In this document: positions 1 through 9,265 of the stretch, piece by piece | Position numbering within the stretch: the first letter of the stretch is position 1 | Layout of the letters: every line of letters starts with the position of its first letter | IMG/VR virus record: IMGVR_UViG_3300026549_001205 | DNA: 64,000 bases | Source of the DNA: an uncultured virus (IMG/VR IMGVR_UViG_3300026549_001205) | Taxonomy: Duplodnaviria; Heunggongvirae; Uroviricota; Caudoviricetes | Direction: 5' to 3' (one strand) | The notes under the pieces: model-generated | Seen by the model: the letters and a program-made list of their open reading frames with translations, nothing else | Databases searched by the model: none | Told to the model about the DNA's origin: nothing | Position numbers and translations under genes: made by a program

Positions 1-163
1 TAATCCAAAAAGCGCCTCGCCATACCAATTACTCCCCTTATTATAAAAAATAAGTGCAGATGTCAGAGTTAATTACTCTCTAACAACTACACTTTTATGG
101 TACTAAATAAGGGCCATCCACAGCAGATCTCTCCGCCATGAACAGCCCTTCCCTGCGTGATGA

Positions 164-952
164 TCACTTCATCAGCTCATTCACTTTCCTCTGCACCGCT
201 CTGTAGTCATATCCTGCAGCCGTCAGCCTCTGCTGCCTGTCCCGGCCATTGCCCCATTTCCCGGCAATTACCTCTCTGGCCAGCTCCTCAACAGACTTCC
301 TGCGAGCCGGCGCTACGGCCGTTCCTCCGGCACCCTTCGTATACCCATTGAACCCTCCGTTCCGGATCACCTTCGGATAGTCCTGATAGCACCGGTCGAG
401 ATCCACGTTCCCGCTGATCCCCGGCACGCTGCCCTTGGAGGAATACTGCCAGATCCCGCACCGTCCCTGATAGCTGCAGCTGCTCGCCCACTGAGCGCAC
501 CAGAAAGTGTACCTGCTGATGATCTCCGGAGATACCAGTGTCTTCGCGTAGGATGCAGAGGTATAGAACCCGGCGAAATATCCAGCCTTCTCCATTTCGC
601 TGCAGAAGGTCCGGATCAGTCCGCTGCAGAAGTCCCTGCCGGCTTCCAGCTGTTCCTTCTCTTCCATATCGAAATACACCGGCATGTCGAACTGCTTCCC
701 AGCGATCACCCTCTGGAAGGCTTTCGCCTCCTCGATCGCCTCCCGGAAGCTGTTGGCGTAGCTGTACCAGTAAGCCCCGACATGCAGACCCGCCGCCTTC
801 GCGCCGGCATAGTTCCGCTCGAAGAATGAATCCTTCTGGTTTGCAGAGCTTCCGTAGCCCGCCCGGATGATGGCAAACTCGATCCCAGCTGCCTTCACCC
901 TCTGCCAGTCGATCCTTCCCTGCCACTTTGAAACATCAATCCCCTTCATCAT
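164..952 (-). CDS. GH25 endolysin with a C-terminal CW_7-like cell-wall-binding repeat
   Basis: KGIDVSKWQG, YFDMEE, WQYSSKG, VDLD motifs; C-terminal LAREVIAGKWGNG..R..RL..AGYDY. Start moved to ATG 952, with GGAGGA upstream. Confidence 0.92.
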   Translation of the reverse strand: MMKGIDVSKWQGRIDWQRVKAAGIEFAIIRAGYGSSANQKDSFFERNYAGAKAAGLHVGAYWYSYANSFREAIEEAKAFQRVIAGKQFDMPVYFDMEEKEQLEAGRDFCSGLIRTFCSEMEKAGYFAGFYTSASYAKTLVSPEIISRYTFWCAQWASSCSYQGRCGIWQYSSKGSVPGISGNVDLDRCYQDYPKVIRNGGFNGYTKGAGGTAVAPARRKSVEELAREVIAGKWGNGRDRQQRLTAAGYDYRAVQRKVNELMK

Positions 953-1385
953 GCCTGCTCTCCTCCTTATCCTCTTCCTGCTCCTTTCCGTCTCTGTCAT
1001 GCAGCTCCTCCAGTACTCTCTTCAGGCTATCCGGCACCGGCAGTCCCAGGTGCACGCTGTTCTCCACCAGCGACAACCCTTCATTCGAGATGTAGAAGAA
1101 AATGACCGCGGTTCTCAGGACCCCCAGCTTTCCCAGCACATGGACATCAATGGCATTTCCGATCCCGACCATGATGAAAATGACGATCTTTCGGAAGATC
1201 CCCTTGAACCCGATCTGAGAGGACAGCTTGTGATCCGCTGCCCCGCACATCACACCTGTGATATAGTCACAGACCACGAACAGAATCAGTGCATACATAA
1301 GTCCGTCCGCCCCTCCGAGAAACCAGCCAAGCCATCCTCCGACGACAGCAAACTCCGCCTGAATAATGTTCCAGAACTCCTTCAT
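936..1385 (-). CDS. Phage holin (phage_holin_4 / toxin-secretion type)
   Basis: GWFLGGADGL, DYITGVM, LSSQIGFKGIFRK, FFYISNEGLSLVEN..LGLPVP; directly upstream of the lysin. Confidence 0.9.
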   Translation of the reverse strand: MKEFWNIIQAEFAVVGGWLGWFLGGADGLMYALILFVVCDYITGVMCGAADHKLSSQIGFKGIFRKIVIFIMVGIGNAIDVHVLGKLGVLRTAVIFFYISNEGLSLVENSVHLGLPVPDSLKRVLEELHDRDGKEQEEDKEESRHDEGD

Positions 1386-1472
1386 CAATGCCTCCTCCGC
1401 CCTTACGGGCAAAATAAAAGACAGCCCCCGTCAGGAGCTGCCCGTTTACAGGTTCAATATCGTGTTTTCGAA

Positions 1473-1946
1473 TCAGGATGACGTCGTTTCCGCCTCCTGC
1501 GTCAGTGTATAGGTGATCTTCATCGTCTTCTCGGCTGTCTTCTCTACAGTCTGGGAAAGATTATTGATAGAGGCCAGATACGGTGTCAGGATATAGACCG
1601 TCCGATACTCATTTCCGTAGGAGCCTCCCCACTGCACAAGGAAGTTCTTGTACTGGAAAATGGGCGAAGCCGCATCCTCCAGCCGCACGGCTCCGGTTAC
1701 CTTCTCCACCTTATCAGCAGGGTCCAGGATAAAGTCCCATCCCATGATGAGACCGTTCACAACCGTCATGTAGACCTCGCAGCTGCCGGACTCGCATAGC
1801 GGCTTCATCGCTGTAGTAAATCCAAATGGGATCAGCGTGACATCCGTCTGGTTATTGGCGTTGATCTTGTAGATGCCCTTCTTGTTATAGGCCAGTACAT
1901 ACAGGTACCCGCCGCGCATCACGGAATAGATGGTTCTCTCAGGATA
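1473..1946 (-). pseudogene. C-terminal fragment of a phage tail protein
   Basis: Ends YLASINNLSQTVEKTAEKTMKITYTL, matching YLGTINNLSSPITKNASQTMKVTYTL of 31609..33009. About 300 N-terminal residues are missing. Confidence 0.8.
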
Positions 1947-2794
1947 TTCCGGATACACTCTCCCAGCTTATCCGGACCGCATTTATCGCAAGGCCGGGAT
2001 ATAAGTTCGTGGTGTCCGACTTCTCCGCCATCGAGGCCAGGGTTCTGGCCCACCTTGCCGGCGAGACCTGGCGCTCCAAGGTATTCGCGGAAGGAAAAGA
2101 TATCTACTGCGCCTCTGCCAGCCAGATGTTCGGCGTCCCGGTCGTGAAGCACGGAATCAACGGCCACCTGCGCCAGAAAGGCAAAATTGCAGAGCTCGCC
2201 CTTGGTTACGGCGGCTCCGTCGGCGCTCTGAAATCCATGGGTGCTCTGGAGATGGGATTGAAGGAAGAAGAGCTGCAGCCGCTTGTCGATTCCTGGCGGG
2301 CAACCAATCCGATGATCACCGCCTTCTGGTGGGACATCGACAGAGCCGTGAAGACTGCCATCAAGGAGCGGATCCCCACAGAGGTCCGCGGTATCCACTT
2401 CCTCTGCAAGGGCGGGATGCTATTCATCAAGCTTCCATCCGGCAGGATGCTCTCCTACGTAAAGCCCCGGATCGGAGAGAATCGCTTCGGCGGAGAATCC
2501 GTCACCTACATGGGCGTCGGATCCACAAAGAAATGGGAACGGATTGAATCCTATGGTCCGAAGTTCGTCGAAAACATCGTCCAGGCGATCAGCAGGGACA
2601 TCCTCTGCTACGCCATGCGAACTCTCTCCCACTGCTTCATCTGCGGCCACGTTCATGATGAACTGATCATCGAATGCAGTCAGGACGTCGATTACAGGGT
2701 CATCTGCGAACAGATGGGCCGAACTCCGCCCTGGCTGCCCGGAATCCAGCTCCGCGCCGACGGGTACGAAACAAAATTTTATATGAAGGACTAA
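1943..2794 (+). pseudogene. C-terminal fragment of a phage family-A DNA polymerase
   Basis: In frame from 1943: DIPDTLSQLIRTAF..DFSAIEAR, RQKGKIAELALGYGG, HVHDE. Highly similar to the C-terminal part of 56858..58840; exonuclease and N-terminal regions are absent. Confidence 0.88.
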
Positions 2795-2796
2795 CC

Positions 2797-2833
2797 AAAA
2801 GCGGCCTGCCGGTACTTTCCGGTAAGCCGCTTT
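2797..2833. terminator. Probable bidirectional intrinsic terminator
   Basis: AAAAGCGGC-CTGCCGG...CCGGTAA-GCCGCTTT hairpin between converging genes. Confidence 0.7.
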
Positions 2834-2837
2834 GCCA

Positions 2838-3785
2838 TTAAATGTCGTTTTTCCCGCCTCTGTGATACGGTGCTTTATCTCTCCACACTATTCCATCTTT
2901 TGTATGATAGCGTTGTCTGTGGCCAGACACATCATTCTCATGAGGCGTTGCTCTATTTGCCTTCTCCACAATATCGGCAATCGCATCTCCGATATCAATA
3001 TTGCTTGTAACAGACGAACTCTCTCCCGTTCCCGGCGTTGCCGCATGGGTGCTGTTTCCTCGACTTCCATTTTCTCTGATCGAGGATATGATTTTTACCC
3101 CGCCTCCAATGACGACGCCTGCTATCTCCAGAGATTCAACAGGATGCTCAACAATAAAGCTCCCTACCTTTTTCAATCCATTCAGAAAAACACTGCCTTT
3201 TGAAGTTTTACTGGTGATATGCTTTTCAGGATGTATTGCTTTCCCTGCTATGGGGCTGCTTGGCTTATTTTCTTCCGATCGCGGAGGAGCATTATCCGTG
3301 GATTCCCGACTTGTATGTGTGCCATTATCGGAGTTTTCGTCCCTTGCATTCTCCTCTTTTTCCTCTGGATCTTTTTGCCCAACCGATTCCGGCACAAAAA
3401 CCGGATCGCTGAGTTCTATAATCGAGCACGGGACAGGCCCTCCATCTCCAAAATCTGTGAAGACTTTCGTCTCCGGGTCATAGTACCAATTCGTCGGATT
3501 CTGCCAGCTTCCCTTATGTGCCGCGAGGTGTTCATCCTTTGTCAGGAACTGTATATTATCGGGATCTCCCTGATACTCAGGATATTCAGCAGCGCTTTTC
3601 ATATGCTGCCCTTCAAATGCTCTGCCCTGATCATCGTAGGCTTTGCCCTTATCCGGATCGAGTATGTCCGCCTGCTGCTCTTTCGTCCAGTCCCTGGTTC
3701 CTTTCCCTTCCTGAACTAATTGCTGCTCCCGCTCCCAGGCCTTTCTTATCGCTTTGTTCCTTTCCCTCATGCTTGTTTTCGACAT
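2838..3785 (-). CDS. Protein with an N-terminal Tox-GHH (teneurin C-terminal-like HNH/EndoVII) domain
   Basis: AIRKAWEREQQLV..GKGTRDWT.EQ..IL..FEGQHMKS..YPEY.GDPDNIQFL pattern, followed by a low-complexity linker and a hydrophobic Gly-rich segment. Confidence 0.8.
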   Translation of the reverse strand: MSKTSMRERNKAIRKAWEREQQLVQEGKGTRDWTKEQQADILDPDKGKAYDDQGRAFEGQHMKSAAEYPEYQGDPDNIQFLTKDEHLAAHKGSWQNPTNWYYDPETKVFTDFGDGGPVPCSIIELSDPVFVPESVGQKDPEEKEENARDENSDNGTHTSRESTDNAPPRSEENKPSSPIAGKAIHPEKHITSKTSKGSVFLNGLKKVGSFIVEHPVESLEIAGVVIGGGVKIISSIRENGSRGNSTHAATPGTGESSSVTSNIDIGDAIADIVEKANRATPHENDVSGHRQRYHTKDGIVWRDKAPYHRGGKNDI

Positions 3786-3789
3786 AGGA

Positions 3790-4215
3790 TCACTCTCCTA
3801 TCCCGAGCAGATCATAAAGGTCATTCAAGAAAGCATAGAAATCCTCATAGATGAGTTCGTCATCAAGTTCACCGGTTTCATGATCGTATACTGCAAACTT
3901 CTCGCCATCTTTTTGGCACAGTACAGGATCTCCGGATGCCAGCGCCCCTACAACAATATAACTATCATCCGGTCTGTCATCATCACTGGCATCTATCAGC
4001 GGCTTATGGGCGACTCCATACAGTTGAACGCCTGCAGGCAAAAAGAATTCACCGCCATCGCTGAAGCTCAGCCATTCTCTGTATTTTTCCGGCAGTTTGA
4101 CATCATTTTCTTTTTCAAACTGAGCAATCTGATCTTCAGAAGCACCTTCAAGGAAATTCATTTTTCCCTGCGTCTTAATCTGATCAATAATTTTCTGTAA
4201 TTCATCAGAAATCAT
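3790..4215 (-). CDS. SMI1/KNR4 (SUKH) family immunity protein
   Basis: ASEDQIAQFEKENDVKLPEKYREWL..SDGG; G..SGDPVLC; YDHETGE..YEDFYAFL. Confidence 0.88.
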   Translation of the reverse strand: MISDELQKIIDQIKTQGKMNFLEGASEDQIAQFEKENDVKLPEKYREWLSFSDGGEFFLPAGVQLYGVAHKPLIDASDDDRPDDSYIVVGALASGDPVLCQKDGEKFAVYDHETGELDDELIYEDFYAFLNDLYDLLGIGE

Positions 4216-4237
4216 TGCCGTCCTCCATTCCCGCAGT

Positions 4238-4945
4238 TTACTCTTTCAGCGAATACGACACTTCTCCGCCGAATGTTCCAGACGTAAATCTCTCATCTCC
4301 AAGGAGCGCCTCTTTACTGACCTTAAAATCAAACGGAAACAGATATAGAGAATTCTCCAGTTCGCGGATCGAATAGTATCCTGCGTCATCGATCTTCATC
4401 ATAGTAAGCAGCATATAGTTGATGATCTCTGCATCGGAGAAATGATGCTCCTTGATGGAATAGACGCCAACTTTCTGGCTTTCCAACGCGCCTAAGGCCT
4501 TCAGTGTAGAAATCAGCTTATCGCTGGAATGATACAGCGTTGATCGCTCGCCCCATTCATCAAAAAGCTTCTGCTTGATCTGCTTCGTCGTCATTGTCTC
4601 CTCAAATTCGCCGATCTTCCCGATCAGCCGGCACATATCCTGAAATACCGGATATGCTGCGAGCATCATGCACCAGTGTACCGGCAGCGCATAATCCGAG
4701 TCCTTCTTTATGAGGCGCAGGCCTTCCTCTCTCAGATCTGATGTGTAGTCATTTTCATATACCCAGATGTTCATCAGGATCTCTCTGGTTTTACGCAGAA
4801 CCGTAGGGCTTCCGATTTCAAAGCTCAGGTATTCATTCAGTTTTTCTTTTATTTCTTTCTCATCCAAGCCTTCCGAGTACAGCCGAACGGTCTCGTTCAG
4901 CCACGGAAGCTTCAGATTTCTTGACAGGCCTACCATCTTAGCCAT
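4238..4945 (-). CDS. brxA: BREX type 3 BrxA-like protein
   Basis: Last gene after pglZ and overlapping it. 235 aa; HWCMMLAAYPVF.D....IG, WGERSTL. Confidence 0.7.
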   Translation of the reverse strand: MAKMVGLSRNLKLPWLNETVRLYSEGLDEKEIKEKLNEYLSFEIGSPTVLRKTREILMNIWVYENDYTSDLREEGLRLIKKDSDYALPVHWCMMLAAYPVFQDMCRLIGKIGEFEETMTTKQIKQKLFDEWGERSTLYHSSDKLISTLKALGALESQKVGVYSIKEHHFSDAEIINYMLLTMMKIDDAGYYSIRELENSLYLFPFDFKVSKEALLGDERFTSGTFGGEVSYSLKE

Positions 4946-6410
4946 TGTTGTCCACCGCCTTTATTTCAATAAATGGCACAATCACCTCATCCAGTGTGAT
5001 TCCGCCGTGCGTCATCACCTCTTCACCTTTTACATCGAAGGATTTTCCGATCCCACAGATCAGGTACTTGAACTGCTTATCCAGGTAATATCCGGGAAAC
5101 TCAATCAGATTGTCTTCGCCATACTTCTCATAAAGCCCCGACTTGTCAGCAAAGTCTTTCAAGACAATCATCCTGTGGCTCTTCGTCTCCGTCTCGACTC
5201 CGGTCTTTACCCATTTGCCCATACCAGTGCATGGTGTATTTCCATGATCCGCGCTGATATAGACATCAAATCCGTGCTTTATCATCCGCCGGACCGTGTC
5301 CGCGAGCTTATGCTGCTCAGTCAGGACACTGATATCATTGTACATGCCCCGGCGTCCCTGCAGCTGCCCATGAACCATATCGTCCACATCATTTATGATA
5401 ATGGCGGCGCAACTCACAGCAGATCCGAAATCTGCGTCATATCCCCTCTCATATCCGATCTGGGCATCCGTATAACCCAGATTCCTCGCACAGTTCTCAA
5501 ACTCCTTCTTTTCCTTGCTCTGGCTCCAGGGACTTTCCAGCTCTACCGGAAATTTATCCGAGAGCAGACACTGCCTTGAAATAGATGTGATGGTCGGAAT
5601 CATTGCCATCGAATACTCTTCCCGATAGCGAATGCCAGCAAAGGATCTGGAAATGATTCTCCAGTCAAACAGTGACATGCCGTCCATGACAATGATGACA
5701 AACTTCTTGCTGTGATCAGCCATGAACTCCATCGCACGACTCACCAGAATAGGCGCATCTGCGCTCATTTCCGCAGAGAGTTTCCCATAGTTTGCAAGGA
5801 TATAATCGACGAACGGCGCACTGTACCTGTCAATATCTACATGCAGCCTATACTGCTCAGCCAGCACATGGATATCTGCTTTGTCTCTGGCAGCCGCGAA
5901 CCATTCCTTGTATGTCTTTGCCGTATGTACATGCCTATCCAGCTCATCACACAACATACTGAGATAGTCCTGCAAGATGCCTCTGTCACGAAGCTTCCTT
6001 TCTAGGAATTCCTTCGTATCCTGATACCCGGACAGGTCAGAAAAATTTCTCTTGTAAGCCATCGTCAGGAGATTATAGTCCAGGCCAGTTTCTTCAAGAA
6101 CAGCCTGCGAATTCAATTTGGGGAATAACTTTCCCACACTGATTTCTGTTTTGCGAAATGCTTTCAGCACATCGTAAGGAATGTACACTCCCGGCGATGC
6201 AATCATGACGAATTTTTCTGTGCTTTCCTTTACCTGCTGCTCATAATTCACACGATACAAAAGATCATTTTCATACCGGATCACATGAAACCCCTGATCC
6301 TTAAAATATGCCAGATAGTCTGACTTTGCTTCTAAAGAATCTGTGTCGATCAACAGAACATGCTTCTCATAAGCAGCAGAGGAACGCTCATATACATATC
6401 TGGCGAACAT
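4938..6410 (-). CDS. pglZ: BREX PglZ alkaline-phosphatase-superfamily protein
   Basis: IVMDGMS, PTITSISRQ, DDMVHG, ISADHG, THGGITLDEVIVPF motifs. Confidence 0.9.
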   Translation of the reverse strand: MFARYVYERSSAAYEKHVLLIDTDSLEAKSDYLAYFKDQGFHVIRYENDLLYRVNYEQQVKESTEKFVMIASPGVYIPYDVLKAFRKTEISVGKLFPKLNSQAVLEETGLDYNLLTMAYKRNFSDLSGYQDTKEFLERKLRDRGILQDYLSMLCDELDRHVHTAKTYKEWFAAARDKADIHVLAEQYRLHVDIDRYSAPFVDYILANYGKLSAEMSADAPILVSRAMEFMADHSKKFVIIVMDGMSLFDWRIISRSFAGIRYREEYSMAMIPTITSISRQCLLSDKFPVELESPWSQSKEKKEFENCARNLGYTDAQIGYERGYDADFGSAVSCAAIIINDVDDMVHGQLQGRRGMYNDISVLTEQHKLADTVRRMIKHGFDVYISADHGNTPCTGMGKWVKTGVETETKSHRMIVLKDFADKSGLYEKYGEDNLIEFPGYYLDKQFKYLICGIGKSFDVKGEEVMTHGGITLDEVIVPFIEIKAVDNNG

Positions 6411-6412
6411 TC

Positions 6413-9085
6413 CTATGCCTCCAATCTGACAAGAACCGACAGGCGAAAATCAGGATAAACCTGTTTTCCCTTCTGGTACTTCTTCTCAATCATCTCTTGC
6501 TCCCTGGCCAAGCGCACCAGCCGGGATTTCCTGATATTCTCAATTCCAATATGATCTGCAGCCTCTGTCCTCAGCTTCAGAGCATACATGTACTTGTTAT
6601 AGCTTTCCTGGTTCTTCTTGAGCTGCTTCTCCTTCAACTCAACAAAAGAGTCATAAGCAAAATCCATGCTCATTTTCTCCAGCTTCTGATAGTCCTCTTC
6701 CGGAAGGTTATCAGTGCTTCTTACCGTCAACCCAGAATTCGGATCCAGAAATTGCTCCATGATCCGCTTCCCAGCCATCGGACGAAGGACGAAATGCTCA
6801 TTCACGAAGACCGGGATGATCCTCTGGTCTGCTTCCTCATCTGAGATAGACAGCTCCCAAAGCATGAAGTACCCAGCTTCATTCGGAAAATCCTTTATTC
6901 CCACTGACAGGATGGGCGAAAAACGGTCCTGAATGATATCCGTCTTCAGGTGTCTTATAATCTCCGGATCTGTCACGCTGATGCGATCAATCAGCGTGGA
7001 CTCCAGGCCTTGCCACCCGTCATAGTAGGCAAGCATCTGCCGCAATGCAGCGTCCACATCGAAATTGGATTCCTGCCCCACCAGCTCCGTCAGATCCTTA
7101 TCTTCCCGGATGATGTCCTTATACTGCCTGGAGTTCTTAAGCTGCTGCTTCATCTCGCTCTCGATTGGCTTCAGACTTTCCTCCAGCTTATAGGGCTTTG
7201 CAATCGTATTCATGTAGGCGTCGGTGAAGTCGCACTCCGCCACTTCCGAATCCAGCACATCCGAATATTTATCTACACCCATCTCTTTCAGGATGACTGA
7301 TAGCTTCTCTTCAAGCACTTCCCGGACACGGTTCTCCACCGTATCAGTAATGATGAAGTTGTAGATATGTACGTCCCGCTTCTGTCCGATACGATCTGCT
7401 CTTCCGCATCGCTGCTCGATCTTCATCGGATTCCATGGAAGATCGTAATTGATGATGATATTTGAAAACTGCAGGTTCAGACCTTCTCCGCCGGCATCGG
7501 TAGAAATAAAAATGCTGGTCTTCTCCCTGAACTCCCGAAGCGCATCATTCCTTTCGTCAATGCTCATACTGCCGTTCAGGATGGAAACTGTATATCCCTT
7601 ACTGGTCAGCAGCTTTTGCAGATAGGACTGTGTTGCCACAAATTCCGTAAAGATGATGATCTTCTGATCCGGTTCTTCTCCCAGAATGCTGTCGATCGTA
7701 TCTGTCAGCTTCTCTACCTTCACATCCGGATACTGGAATTCTGCCTGCTTTGCTGTAGAGATGATCATCTCCAGCTCCTGCATCTCATCCTCAATATCCA
7801 GAGAGATTGCCTCAAGAGCATCATCCACGCCATCTTCAATATCCAGATCCGCCAGATCTTCCTCTGTCAGATTGCCGATGTGTGTTCCCTGCTCCTTCAA
7901 TACCTGAAGCCTTCGCTCCAGACTCTGAAGCACTGCCGCCGTACTGCTGGTGACCATACGCTGCATGATGATCAGCAGGAAGATCAGGCACATGTTCTTC
8001 TTGCGATTGCGAAGGGCTTTGTTATAAGTTTTGGATACGTATTCCGTTACCTGCCCATACAGTTCCCTCTGCATGGAGTGTCGCTCATCCCAGGTCAGCG
8101 TAACAAGATGTGTAATCCTGTTCTTGAATAGACGATTGCCATTATTATCAATGGCTTCCCTTTTCTCCGTGCGGATCAGATATGGTGCTACCTGCTCTTT
8201 GACGATGGACTGTGCATTAGGGAATGCATCCCGGTCCAAGAGCCGGACAAGACGCAGGAATGGGTCTGTTTTCCCATTATGGGGAGTCGCCGACAAAAGC
8301 AGCAGGTACGGGCTTGCCTGGGACAGAAGATATCCCAGCTTGTACCTTGCGACTTCTCCAGAAGAACCGGCTACCCTATGAGCCTCATCAATGATGATCA
8401 GATCCCATCCACTATTGATAATGGAATAGATCCGTTCTTCGTTATATTGGTCGACCCGCTCCTGACTCCACCCGGCATGCTTCTCTATCGGTTTGATGGA
8501 ATCCATCGGAGAAATGACCTGATCATACTGCCCATAGACATCATCGCTGTCCGTCAGGCGGCGAATCGTATCATAGTCGGACGGCAGTATGATATCGAAC
8601 TTTTCATGGAACTTTTCCTGCATCTCTGCAGCCCACTGAGTCACAAGACCTGTAGGACAGACGACAAGAGTCCTCTGGATCAATCCGCGAGCTTTCAGCT
8701 CTTTGATGATCATACCTGCTTCGATCGTTTTTCCAAGTCCGACCTCATCTGCCAGGATGTAGCGGATGTTATTGTTCTCCATGGCACGGTTCAGCACGTG
8801 CAGCTGGTGAGGAAGCGGAATCACCCCACTGGCCAATGAAGAAAGGAGTCCGCCGGCGGTCTCATTCTTGATCTTTGACAGCAAGACCACATACCGGAGA
8901 TAGTTCTCATCATAGGCATTGGTGCCGCCGTTTTCTTTCAGCTGGTCTTCCGCCAGCTTATACACTTGCCCGGAAGCAGGATTAAAAACCCGGTAGGAAA
9001 CATACCCCCAGGCCTCTATCCTCTCTAAGATCTGTACGCTTGCGCCATTAGAGGAATCAAACGCAAACTTACCTACTTCAAGCAC
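6413..9085 (-). CDS. brxHII: BREX type 3 SNF2-family helicase BrxHII
   Basis: PLPHQ, LADEVGLGKT, DEAH, LSATP, GGEGLNLQ, DLPWNPMKIEQR.GR.DRIGQ. Start set at GTG 9085 with GAGGTG RBS. Confidence 0.88.
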   Translation of the reverse strand: MLEVGKFAFDSSNGASVQILERIEAWGYVSYRVFNPASGQVYKLAEDQLKENGGTNAYDENYLRYVVLLSKIKNETAGGLLSSLASGVIPLPHQLHVLNRAMENNNIRYILADEVGLGKTIEAGMIIKELKARGLIQRTLVVCPTGLVTQWAAEMQEKFHEKFDIILPSDYDTIRRLTDSDDVYGQYDQVISPMDSIKPIEKHAGWSQERVDQYNEERIYSIINSGWDLIIIDEAHRVAGSSGEVARYKLGYLLSQASPYLLLLSATPHNGKTDPFLRLVRLLDRDAFPNAQSIVKEQVAPYLIRTEKREAIDNNGNRLFKNRITHLVTLTWDERHSMQRELYGQVTEYVSKTYNKALRNRKKNMCLIFLLIIMQRMVTSSTAAVLQSLERRLQVLKEQGTHIGNLTEEDLADLDIEDGVDDALEAISLDIEDEMQELEMIISTAKQAEFQYPDVKVEKLTDTIDSILGEEPDQKIIIFTEFVATQSYLQKLLTSKGYTVSILNGSMSIDERNDALREFREKTSIFISTDAGGEGLNLQFSNIIINYDLPWNPMKIEQRCGRADRIGQKRDVHIYNFIITDTVENRVREVLEEKLSVILKEMGVDKYSDVLDSEVAECDFTDAYMNTIAKPYKLEESLKPIESEMKQQLKNSRQYKDIIREDKDLTELVGQESNFDVDAALRQMLAYYDGWQGLESTLIDRISVTDPEIIRHLKTDIIQDRFSPILSVGIKDFPNEAGYFMLWELSISDEEADQRIIPVFVNEHFVLRPMAGKRIMEQFLDPNSGLTVRSTDNLPEEDYQKLEKMSMDFAYDSFVELKEKQLKKNQESYNKYMYALKLRTEAADHIGIENIRKSRLVRLAREQEMIEKKYQKGKQVYPDFRLSVLVRLEA

Positions 9086-9154
9086 TGTATCACCTCGACA
9101 TTCCTTCTCTGCCGCCTTCATCGAATTGGCTCTCGACTGGTTCAGTTTCTTCGA

Positions 9155-9262
9155 ACTTGCACAATTACTTGCACAGTACTTAACCAAACAGTATGTGCAA
9201 GCTCCCCGGAGCCTACTTGCACAGAGCTTGCACAATACTTGCCCAAACCTCTGTGCAAGCTC
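9155..9262. repeat. Two imperfect ~50-bp direct repeats built from CTTGCACA units plus an inverted TGTGCAAG
   Basis: CTTGCACA at 9156, 9168, 9216, 9227; CTTGCCCA at 9238; TGTGCAAGCTC at 9194 and 9252. Confidence 0.85.
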
Positions 9263-9265
9263 TCA

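Noticed and set aside
1..23. Minus-strand gene start (ATG 23, AAGGGGAG RBS)
   Set aside because: Only seven codons fall in the window, so it cannot be identified.
9086..9235. Cys-rich N-terminal extension of BrxHII in the ORF track
   Set aside because: It is a translation of the repeat array; a good RBS and GTG occur at 9085.
9155..9262. Mini-CRISPR interpretation of the repeats
   Set aside because: Units are imperfect and internally repetitive, with no unique ~30-bp spacers and no cas genes.
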